DNA of 64,000 nt from an uncultured Chloroflexia bacterium (GTDB taxonomy: Bacteria > Chloroflexota > UBA6077 > JACCZL01), in contig CAVXYC010000032.1 in NCBI GenBank assembly GCA_963765765.1, positions 32,001-96,000 on the forward strand, read 5' to 3'. The notes beneath the pieces were generated by a model that saw nothing but the letters and a program-made list of their open reading frames with translations, did no database searches and was not told the DNA's origin. Within the stretch, counting starts at the first letter, position 1, and the number at the start of each line of letters is the position of its first letter. The position numbers and the translations under genes were made by a program. Below are positions 54,670-64,000 of this stretch, one piece after another.

Positions 54670-55200
54670 TCACACGGGGCTCGACCGGATAGAGATGTGG
54701 GCACGTCGAAACAGCCCATCGAGTGCGCTGCATAGTTCATTCCAGGTAGCAGTGGCACTGGGCGGGCGCGCTATGACCAAGAGGTCGAATCCCGGCGTAA
54801 AGTCGTGCTGTCGCAATCGAACAAATTCCCGAATGCGTCGCCGGACGCGGTTACGAACAACCGCCGTGCCCACTCGCTTGCTCACGGCCATACCAAGTCG
54901 ATTATGATCGAGTTCGTTTGGCGCGGTGACGAGCACGGCTAGGGGATGGGCCCAGGACTTTCCAGCAACTCGCACCCGTTCGATCTCGGCGGACGTACGG
55001 AGATGAGCGGAAGTGGGCCAGTGGAGTGGCCTGGATGTTGATGCTAAACGACTGTCAGGCGCTTGCGACCCCGAAGCCGGCGACGACGCAACACCGCTCT
55101 GCCGCCCGGCGAGCTCATGCGCTTGAGAAATCCGTGCTCCCGCTTCCGCGGGATACGCTTGGGTTGATACGTTCGTTTTGGCAATCCGAAAAAGCTCCAA
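54670..55200 (-). CDS. rnpA: RNase P protein component; start uncertain, possibly upstream of rpmH
   Basis: [25 protein letters not shown] (RNR motif), DLLVIARP. Confidence 0.92.
   Translation of the reverse strand: MELFRIAKTNVSTQAYPAEAGARISQAHELAGRQSGVASSPASGSQAPDSRLASTSRPLHWPTSAHLRTSAEIERVRVAGKSWAHPLAVLVTAPNELDHNRLGMAVSKRVGTAVVRNRVRRRIREFVRLRQHDFTPGFDLLVIARPPSATATWNELCSALDGLFRRAHISIRSSPV
55044..55184 (-). CDS. rpmH: 50S ribosomal protein L34
   Basis: Manual translation, TTG start with GGAG RBS: [46 protein letters not shown]. Confidence 0.96.
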   Translation of the reverse strand: MPKRTYQPKRIPRKREHGFLKRMSSPGGRAVLRRRRLRGRKRLTVV

Positions 55201-55298
55201 ACAGAGCGGTGACAGACGAGATTATAGGTGGCGAGAGGGTGACTGTCAATTTTAATTGCCCGTCAGGCGTACTCTCGCAGACCCGGATCGCGGCGGCG

Positions 55299-55958
55299 CT
55301 AGAAGGTTCGACCCTGCACGCGACGAACGTCGAATTTTGCTGTGTCTGCCACGGCCATCACTGCCATCACGCCGGCCTGTACCGGATCACTCACGATCAG
55401 GTCGGCCGCCTCAGGCACGCTTCCGGCCATGTTGAGGGAGATGACGATGATGCCTTGCTCGCGAATCTCGCGCACGGCCTCGGCAACATCACCACCCATG
55501 AGTGCGCCGGCCAGAACAAGCGCCGCGGCGCGCGGCAGGCGAGCCACCGCGCGAACTGCGCCAGCGAGATTCTCTTCGCCCACCAGTGGAATTGTGTCCA
55601 CCGAGATGCGTTCGCCACGGATGTTGTGACGATCGGCCTCGGAGATGGCGCCAACGGCTACCTGTCCTACCTGTGCGCCGCCCCCAACCACAATGATGCG
55701 TTTGCCGTAAATCTGTCCGAAGGACGGAGCTTGCTCTACATACTGAGCCACCGGTGAGGCCCCGAGATCTCGAAGGAGCGCATCTGAGTCGGCGACACCG
55801 GTGAGCTCGAAGTACACCGCGGACCGCCCTGAGCCTCGCTCGTTAATGATGTCGACATAAGTAATGTTGACCTGGTGGTCGGTAATAACCCGTGTGAGGG
55901 CATACAAGACCCCCGGCTGATTCGGGGTCTGAACGAGAATGGCGAGCTCGTCTGGCAT
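55299..55958 (-). CDS. ACT domain + DUF5612 protein
   Basis: NQPGVL ACT start; YGKRIIVVGGGAQVGQVAVGAISEADRHNIRGERISVDTIP. Confidence 0.8.
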   Translation of the reverse strand: MPDELAILVQTPNQPGVLYALTRVITDHQVNITYVDIINERGSGRSAVYFELTGVADSDALLRDLGASPVAQYVEQAPSFGQIYGKRIIVVGGGAQVGQVAVGAISEADRHNIRGERISVDTIPLVGEENLAGAVRAVARLPRAAALVLAGALMGGDVAEAVREIREQGIIVISLNMAGSVPEAADLIVSDPVQAGVMAVMAVADTAKFDVRRVQGRTF

Positions 55959-56163
55959 GGCGTAAGGCTACACGGACCGAGAGGCGGGAGGCGAGAGGCG
56001 GAGCGAAATGAAGAATACAGAATTCCGCGCCTTGCGCCTTGCGGCTCTCATCTCTTGCCTCGTGCCCCTGCTGGCCTGTGTCCCAATTGACACTTGCGTG
56101 GTGACCGAGTTGACAGTCTGAGGGGTGAGCGTGGACTTACGCTAAGAACGGACGGAGGAAAGC

Positions 56164-56283
56164 ATGGCGAATGAGATAGCACCAAATGCCTGGGAATACG
56201 ATGAGCTGGCCTTGTTGTTGTCCGTTGACGAGATGCGACTCCTCGAGCCTTCACTGGTGGAGATTGAGGTGCCCGAGGCGTAG
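56164..56283 (+). CDS. Unannotated 39-aa acidic peptide
   Basis: GGAGG-5 nt-ATG; MANEIAPNAWEYDELALLLSVDEMRLLEPSLVEIEVPEA; fills the gap before the crtI stop. Confidence 0.55.
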   Translation: MANEIAPNAWEYDELALLLSVDEMRLLEPSLVEIEVPEA

Positions 56284-56291
56284 ATTCGGGA

Positions 56292-57791
56292 TTACCGCTT
56301 GGACCCGAGAATGAGCCCAGCCGTGATCTCGGCAGAGAGCAGCGTCCCTGGTAGTCCGGCGCCTGGATGCGTTCCGGCGCCAACGAGGTAAAGCCCGGAG
56401 ACATCGGATTGGCGATTGTGCGGTCGGAAGTAGGCAGACTGATCTAATGTCGGCTCGATTGAGAAGGCTGCCCCTTGTCGGCTACCTAATCGAGTGGCGA
56501 AGTCTGCCGGAGTGAAGCGACGCTCAACAACGATGCTGCGTTGGAGCTCCGTCAGTCCGAATTGGTGCTCCAGATAGCGCATGATTCGGTCACGGAACGG
56601 TTGGTCTAGCTCTCGCCAGGGGCGGAGCCGGCTCGCAAATGCGGCACGGGTGCGAGTACGTACATGCTCTCAGCCCCCGGAGGTGCGAGTGACGGATCGG
56701 TGCGCGTGGGCGTGTGAAGATAGAGTGCTAGCTCGCTCGGGAGCTCCATTCCGTCGAAGACTTCTCGGATCATCTCCTGATATTGATCCGGCATGACGAC
56801 CGTGTGATGACGCAGATGAGGGTACTGGCGTGACAAGCCGAGGTAGATCAAGTAGCAGCTCATGGACTGCCGATAGGTGCGATTGCGCGCTCGAGTGACC
56901 GGCCTCTGGGCTTCGCGCGGAAGCAGCTCGAGATAGGTGTTGACCGCATCTGCGTTACTGATGATCGTGTCGGCGGTGATCCGCTGCCCGCCGTCGAGCT
57001 CGATGCCGCGTGCCCGACGATCCGCAACCATGATCCGACGAACGGGACTGTTGATGCGCAGCTCACCGCCCAGCGCCTGGAATCTTCGTGCCAACGCTGA
57101 CACGAGCGCAGCCATGCCGCCGCGCGCAAAGTGAACGCCGCCGAGTCGTTCTAGGTACGGGATGATGCTATAGATGGCACTGGCCCGCAGTGGACTGCCG
57201 CCGATGAAGAGCGGATGGAATGAGAAGATTGTACGGAGGCGTGGATCCTCAAAATAGCGGGATGTGTAGCTGTAGACGCTCCGAATGGCGCCAAGCCGAA
57301 GTAGCTCGGGCACGATGCTGGTGAAGCTGCTCAGCTTGTGGAACGGCTGCCTGGCGAGATCCTCAAATGCGCGCTCATAAATCTCGCGAGTGTCCGCGAG
57401 AAATGACCGAAATGCCGACACGTCCGAAGGATTGAATCGGGCAATCTCGCGTTCCATGCTCTCCACGTCACTGCACGCGTCGAAGTACTGACCGTCTGGG
57501 AAGAAGATGCGGTAATAAGGCTCGAGGGGAATAAGCTCCAGGTCATCTTCCAGCCGACCGCCGAATGTATTCCACAGCTCACGCAATAAGTGGGGCGCGG
57601 TGATGAGGGTGGGCCCCATATCGAAGGTGTATCCCTGCTCGGCATACTTGCCCGGCTCGACCGCCCGGCTGCTCGAGTGCTTCCACGATGGTGACTTGCC
57701 AGCCCGCGGCCTGGAGTCGTATTCCGACAGCGAGACCACCGAAGCCAGCGCCGATCACCACAGCGCGCGAAGGCGAAGGCGTGCTGGTCAT
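56292..57791 (-). CDS. crtI: Phytoene desaturase (frameshifts ~57660 and ~56625)
   Basis: VIGAGFGGLA, GYTFDMGPT, YLHTPTRTDPSLAPPG, LYLVGAGTHPGAGLPG. Confidence 0.93.
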
Positions 57792-58540
57792 GGTTGCGAG
57801 AGCTGTGCAACTCGATGCGCGAGCTCGCGCAACACCGTTTCGCGCTCTTCCCGTCGGTCAACCCTCAATGGCGACCCAACCCGCACGCTGAGTTGCGAAC
57901 GTCTGCTCTGATAGTGAAGACCTATGGGAACGACCGGTACGGATTCCCCAAGCCGACGTGTAGCGATCCACGCGAGATCCACACAGCCCCGATTGAATGG
58001 CAGCAGCTCGGCATCTTCCCGTGACGGCGTAGGCCACGGATCGACCTTGGGGTAGCCCTCCGGAAATATCAATAGAGCTCGATGCTGACGAAGTACGTCT
58101 AGCGCTAGATACGTGGCGCGTCGCAGGCGTGGAAGTCTGTCTCCGTGGTGGAATTGATGCTTATCGTTCAGCCCGAAGCTTCCAGACCGAATCACCGCGG
58201 GCCAGCGCGCCAGGAGGGTTGCTCCCTCGAGAAGCCGACGCTGCAGCGGGCTCCGCGCCCAATCCAACGCCACCATGATGTGCAGCGGCCGCGGCACAAT
58301 GCTCAACAGCGCACAGGCATCATAGAGATGGTGCACGTGCCGAGACGCCAGGATGATGGGTCCATTCTCTGGCAAGTGTTCGAGTCCGTCCGCGCTCAGT
58401 GCCAGGTGTCGCCGAACGACGATGTGGGCGTAGACGCGAAGAGTGAGCCAGGCGCCGAGGTCCACGGCAGCGGACGCCGTGCCAACGAGCGGGATCGCCT
58501 CAACCCTGTTGGCGGTCCCGGTAAGGGTCCGGTAGATCAA
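57788..58540 (-). CDS. PlsC-like acyltransferase (candidate carotenoid glycoside acyltransferase)
   Basis: SRHVHHLYD (HxxxxD), LIFPEG, VVPIG; overlapping stop/start within the crt operon. Confidence 0.8.
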   Translation of the reverse strand: MIYRTLTGTANRVEAIPLVGTASAAVDLGAWLTLRVYAHIVVRRHLALSADGLEHLPENGPIILASRHVHHLYDACALLSIVPRPLHIMVALDWARSPLQRRLLEGATLLARWPAVIRSGSFGLNDKHQFHHGDRLPRLRRATYLALDVLRQHRALLIFPEGYPKVDPWPTPSREDAELLPFNRGCVDLAWIATRRLGESVPVVPIGLHYQSRRSQLSVRVGSPLRVDRREERETVLRELAHRVAQLSQP

Positions 58541-59415
58541 TGAGCGCCCGATTGCTGCAGATTCGCGGCGTCCAGGCGTCGGCCTGTTGAGCGTGATCGA
58601 CCCGAGCCGCTCCAGAGCGCCAGGCTCGCCGGAGCGACGCCAAGGACCAGCGCCAGAATGCATGGCTGCCAGAGTCCAACGCTCAGACTCAGTCCGATGG
58701 CGAAGACAATATTGGCGACATACACGATGAATGGCACCCGCATGCTTATAGTCGTGAGCGGTGGGACGGAACCCCAGAGCCATCGACTGATGGCCATGAA
58801 GAGCAGGCCGGTACCGGCCCAGCCAATGAAGTTCTGAATCGGCATGCCGAAGTACGGTCCGGCCTGATGCCACGTCCAGAACTTCATTGGCAGCGACTCA
58901 TGCGCCATGGCGGGATCGAGCACAAGGTCCCAGACTGTCAGTAGCCAGACACCGAGCAGCAGACTGTGCCATTCTCGTGCTCTCTGTCCGAGGTGGCGGG
59001 TGGCCACCGTCGCCATCAAATAGCTGGCCAGGCCCATGGTGAACCACGACAGTGGGATCGTATAGGGCACTCGACCGCCAATCTTGAAGCCGAGCCCCTC
59101 CGTGTATTCGTATGCGCCGAACAGCCAGCCGGTACCGGTTCCCAGAAGCTCCATACTGACCGAGAGCGCTGTTGAAGAGACGAAGAAGACAAGCGTTCGT
59201 CTCCAGCCCAGAAGCCAGACTCCGAAAGCGACCATGGTAAGCGCACCCAGAACGATATGGAGCGCTCCGGCGTATTGCATTCCGAAGACGAACACTTGTG
59301 TAGCCAGCGGATTACCAACCCAGATGTGTGGATTGGGGAGAATGATAAGTAGGCCTCCCAGGCCGAAGAGAAGCGCGACAAGATGACCCACGAGCAGCGC
59401 TATCACGACTCTCAC
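58537..59415 (-). CDS. cruF: Carotenoid 1,2-hydratase CruF-like
   Basis: ELLGTGTGWLFGAYEY, VPYTIPLSWF, WDLVLDPAM, GMPIQNFIGW. Confidence 0.85.
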   Translation of the reverse strand: MRVVIALLVGHLVALLFGLGGLLIILPNPHIWVGNPLATQVFVFGMQYAGALHIVLGALTMVAFGVWLLGWRRTLVFFVSSTALSVSMELLGTGTGWLFGAYEYTEGLGFKIGGRVPYTIPLSWFTMGLASYLMATVATRHLGQRAREWHSLLLGVWLLTVWDLVLDPAMAHESLPMKFWTWHQAGPYFGMPIQNFIGWAGTGLLFMAISRWLWGSVPPLTTISMRVPFIVYVANIVFAIGLSLSVGLWQPCILALVLGVAPASLALWSGSGRSRSTGRRLDAANLQQSGAH

Positions 59416-60575
59416 AGGGTCGCCTCAGCAAGCGCTCGTCCTCGCCAGGTTTGGCGGGATCGGAATGCGCTCCACCAGAGCGTCAGGCTCATAGGTACGT
59501 CCATGATGGGTGAAAGCCAGTACGTCCAGGGACATTCAACGTATGCACGCCGTGTTCCTGCCAGGACGCCAAGCCGTATGCACAGCAGCATGAGGTTCAA
59601 TCGGGTCAGAACTGCTCCCGGGGCGGGATGCGCGTTCATGAGCCCGCTACAGGGCAGCAAGACGATCGGGAGCGCTTGCGCCAGAGTGACCTCGAGCAGG
59701 CCCACGCCAAAATTCCAGCCAATGACCCGATCACGCAACGGGAGCGAGCGGGACCAACCGACCAAGGTATTCCAGGCCCCACTGTACATCCTGACGTGTA
59801 CGAGATCATCTTTCGTTTCCGCGAAGCCAACCCGGTATCCACGCGCCACCATATGACGCGCCAGACTGACGTCCTCGCAGCGCGAATCGCGCACACGTTC
59901 GAGCCCGCCGACGCTGTCGAGCGCATGGCGCCGAATCAACATGCACTGACCGTTGGCCTGCGCATCCGTCACACTGGTCGCGACGTGACCTGGAATTCCG
60001 AATCGATAGACGAGGCTGGTTAGAAGCGATGGATGAATGAGCCCAGCCATGGCGCCGTCGACAACCTGGCGCGTCGCCACACTCAACGCGTCCAGGGCAT
60101 GCTGCTCGGCGTGATGCATCAGGGACGCAGCCAACAGAGGTTCCGCCTGCGCATCGGCGTCGAGGGTCAGCAGCCAGGATGAATCCGCGTGCGCAGCGCG
60201 GCGTCCGACCTCGATACCCCACGCTTTGCCGTTCCAATCCGCCGGGATAGGCTCAGCGTCGATCCATCGAATTCGAGCGTCGAGAGCGGAGAAGCGGTCC
60301 GCGATGATGCGGGTTCCGTCGGTGGAGCCCCCATCAGCTATCAGGATGCTCGCTACTTCGGGCCCTTGCTTGATAGCTCCGTTCAGACAGTCCGTCAAGC
60401 GATCCTGTTCATTGAGCGTCGGAACAATGATGGTCACCGAGCCATTCAGATCCACTCCAGAGCGTGTCTGGACCGCTTGACCATCGCGCGTTTTAACGAG
60501 CCGGCGGACAACGCGCGCAGCGAACAAACACTGGAGCGCGAGCAAGAGCCAGAAGAGCGAGCCAGACCCGTTCAT
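59412..60575 (-). CDS. cruG: Carotenoid glycosyltransferase CruG-like (GT2)
   Basis: PTLNEQDRL, DGGSTDGT, WNGKAW, LDADA, QANGQC, WSRSLP. Confidence 0.8.
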   Translation of the reverse strand: MNGSGSLFWLLLALQCLFAARVVRRLVKTRDGQAVQTRSGVDLNGSVTIIVPTLNEQDRLTDCLNGAIKQGPEVASILIADGGSTDGTRIIADRFSALDARIRWIDAEPIPADWNGKAWGIEVGRRAAHADSSWLLTLDADAQAEPLLAASLMHHAEQHALDALSVATRQVVDGAMAGLIHPSLLTSLVYRFGIPGHVATSVTDAQANGQCMLIRRHALDSVGGLERVRDSRCEDVSLARHMVARGYRVGFAETKDDLVHVRMYSGAWNTLVGWSRSLPLRDRVIGWNFGVGLLEVTLAQALPIVLLPCSGLMNAHPAPGAVLTRLNLMLLCIRLGVLAGTRRAYVECPWTYWLSPIMDVPMSLTLWWSAFRSRQTWRGRALAEATL

Positions 60576-61549
60576 ACTTGCTGCTCCGAGACGGCTGCAA
60601 AGACCGGCACACCGATGCGCTCGCCCAGCTCCCAGACTTTCACCGTCGCGGCCGCCATCAAGGCGTGGCGCCCCTTGGCCAATGAAGAAGTCGTCGCACG
60701 TTGCCGCAAGACGTCATAACGCCGACTTTCAATGACGTCGAGAATCCCACGGTACAGCAATGCCGCCGTGAGAATTGACAATCTCACATCGCGAGGCAGC
60801 AGCGGAACTCCTTCCAGGCCGCGCTCGTACTGAAAATACGCGCGCTCAACCTGGAAGCGCATGAGTGACCGAAAATGCCGATCCGGCCCTCGTCCCGCAT
60901 CGGCGAGACGGACGATGTGGTCTGCGTCACACTGGAATACGGCCAGCTCATCTTGAGGGAGGTACATCCGCCCTATCGCAAGGTCGGCTCCCACGTCCCG
61001 CAGGATATTGGTGAGCTGCATGGCGATTCCCAGCTCCTCGGCTGCTGCAAGGGCTTGAGGCGAGCAGGCGCCCAGGACGTGTGCCATGCAAAGCCCTACT
61101 GTGGCGGCTACCTGGTGACAGTAGTGCCGCAACTCGCGGAACGACTGGATATGCACCGGACCGAGGTCCGACTCGACGCCATCCAAAAGATCAAGCAGGT
61201 GACGTCGCGGCACGCAACATTGATCCAATACTTCTTGCAGCGGGCTTCCGAGTGCGGGCTCAGGGCAGCGTTGGGCGGCGCTTTTGAGCCACGCTCGCCA
61301 CTGTTGGAGCTCGCGGCGAGCCTCGAACCGGTCGGACGGTGACTGGGCCTCATCCACCAGATCGTCGACGTAGCGGCAGAATGCGTAGAGGATGACAACG
61401 GACTCGCGGACGTCGGCGGGAAGAAACCGAGCGGCGAAGTGGAACGAGTGTGCGTGCCTCGCCATGACGGTCTCGCACGCGAAGGCATCCGACGGCGGTC
61501 TCAGAGATGGAGACGCGGCTGGCAGCGTGGGGCGCAGGAGAGCGTTCAT
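60572..61549 (-). CDS. crtB: Phytoene synthase
   Basis: LYAFCRYVDDLVD, YCHQVAATVG, LGIAMQLTNILRDVGAD. Confidence 0.93.
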   Translation of the reverse strand: MNALLRPTLPAASPSLRPPSDAFACETVMARHAHSFHFAARFLPADVRESVVILYAFCRYVDDLVDEAQSPSDRFEARRELQQWRAWLKSAAQRCPEPALGSPLQEVLDQCCVPRRHLLDLLDGVESDLGPVHIQSFRELRHYCHQVAATVGLCMAHVLGACSPQALAAAEELGIAMQLTNILRDVGADLAIGRMYLPQDELAVFQCDADHIVRLADAGRGPDRHFRSLMRFQVERAYFQYERGLEGVPLLPRDVRLSILTAALLYRGILDVIESRRYDVLRQRATTSSLAKGRHALMAAATVKVWELGERIGVPVFAAVSEQQV

Positions 61550-61600
61550 GATCTTATGGCCTCTTTAGACTAGCATCGAGAGTCGCCAACTGCGCGCGGC

Positions 61601-61633
61601 GCCCTCGACAAAAGATGGACAATTCCTGTCAGT
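61601..61633. promoter_or_regulatory. CarH/LitR-like operator upstream of crtB
   Basis: TCGACA (61605) and TGGACA (61616) spaced exactly 11 bp; degenerate third unit. Confidence 0.45.
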
Positions 61634-61682
61634 GTATAAGGCTTGTGCTTCCCGATAGACGGGCAGACTGGGCGCGAACGCT

Positions 61683-62864
61683 ATGACTGAACCATTTCAA
61701 CCGCTGCAGGGTATCCGAGTCCTGGATTTCTCACGCATCCTGGCCGGCCCGTATTGCACAATGGTCCTGGGTGACATGGGCGCTGAGATCATCAAGGTCG
61801 AGCGCCCCGGTACTGGCGACGAGACGCGCGCCTGGGGCCCATTCGTCGGTGGCGAGAGCGCGTACTTCATGTGCGTCAATCGCAATAAGAAGAGCGTCAC
61901 CGTGGACCTGAGTACACCGGACGGTCAGACGATCAGTCGCGATCTTGCTGCCCAGAGCGATGTCCTGGTGGAAAACTTCCGTCCAGGAACGATGGAGAAG
62001 TTGGGACTGGGTTACGACGATCTGCGCGCCATCAATCCGCGGATGGTGTATTGCTCCATCTCCGGCTTTGGGCGGAGCGGGCCAGACAAGGACCGGGCGG
62101 GCGTGGACGTCATCGTCGAGGGCGTCGGCGGATTGATGAGTATCACCGGCGAGCCGGACGGCGCGCCGGTGAAGGTAGGTGTGGCGATCATCGACGTCGC
62201 GACAGCCCTACACGCCCACGGCGCCATTACCGCGGCGCTCTTCGAGCGAGAGCGCACGGGCTCGGGGCGGCGACTGGAATTCTCACTGCTCGAGGTTCAG
62301 ATCGCGACGCTGATCAATATCGGCAGCGACTACCTGATTGGTGGGATCGTGCCGAAGCGCTGGGGCTCGGCCCACACCTCCATCGTTCCATACCAGGCGT
62401 TCGAGGCGAGCGATGGCTACGTGGTGGTGGGCGCGGTCAACGAGACGCAATGGCTGCGATTCTGCGAGGCTATCGATGGGCCGGAACTGGCCGGGGATGC
62501 ACGTTTTGCGACCAATGCGCTGCGCAGTGAGCATCGTGCCGAGCTTTTCTCGATCGTGCAGCCCATTCTCCGGCAGAAGCCGCGCTCGGAGTGGTTGGAT
62601 AGGTTCCGATCCGTGGGCATTCCCAGCGGGCCGATCAACACGCTCGATGAGGTCTATCGGGATCCACAGGTGGAGCACCTGGGTATCGTCCAGGAGGTGG
62701 ATCATCCGACCGCCGGGCGGATCAAGCTGGCCGGTTCGCCGATCCGCGCGGACGATGCGCAGTTACCGGTACGCCTACCGCCGCCACGGCTCGGTGAGCA
62801 CACCGCCGAAGTGCTCCGCGATGTTCTCGGCTACGAAGAAGAACGGATACGCGTACTTAGCTAG
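61683..62864 (+). CDS. CaiB/BaiF family III CoA-transferase
   Basis: LDFSRILAGPYC, NRNKKS, ENFRPG, SISGFG, PPRLGEHT. Confidence 0.95.
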   Translation: MTEPFQPLQGIRVLDFSRILAGPYCTMVLGDMGAEIIKVERPGTGDETRAWGPFVGGESAYFMCVNRNKKSVTVDLSTPDGQTISRDLAAQSDVLVENFRPGTMEKLGLGYDDLRAINPRMVYCSISGFGRSGPDKDRAGVDVIVEGVGGLMSITGEPDGAPVKVGVAIIDVATALHAHGAITAALFERERTGSGRRLEFSLLEVQIATLINIGSDYLIGGIVPKRWGSAHTSIVPYQAFEASDGYVVVGAVNETQWLRFCEAIDGPELAGDARFATNALRSEHRAELFSIVQPILRQKPRSEWLDRFRSVGIPSGPINTLDEVYRDPQVEHLGIVQEVDHPTAGRIKLAGSPIRADDAQLPVRLPPPRLGEHTAEVLRDVLGYEEERIRVLS

Positions 62865-62889
62865 TGCTGGTAGCAACGGTCTTGGAATG

Positions 62890-64000
<1,111 letters not shown>

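Overview
High-GC bacterial chromosome segment, most likely Chloroflexota (inferred from gene style and order, a long IspG, a YFSNTG-type surface-protein domain and the rpmH sequence). Many genes, including housekeeping ones (ispG, parA, acs, yidD), are broken by single-base indels, which points to long-read assembly error rather than decay. Contents in order: MFS/MerR and ABC exporters, vapBC, an acetate-uptake/acs operon, scattered aromatic-catabolism enzymes, hsp20-lon-ispG, a two-component system, secreted proteins, a small stress-gene cluster, parB-parA-pfkB-jag-yidC-yidD-rnpA-rpmH without dnaA, a carotenoid-glycoside cluster, and an IS110 element at the right edge. Highlights not visible in the ORF track: (1) an OsmC-family gene with UGA at the conserved second Cys followed by a SECIS-like hairpin, a likely selenoprotein; (2) rpmH nested inside the only open rnpA frame, a Thermus-like gene-in-gene; (3) an IS110 bridge-RNA region whose guide segments match the element's own end and insertion site; (4) two structured non-coding RNA candidates; (5) a 39-aa acidic peptide gene and a CarH/LitR-like operator flanking the crt cluster; (6) an orphan HsdS fragment. 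All calls are by eye; no searches or folding programs were run.
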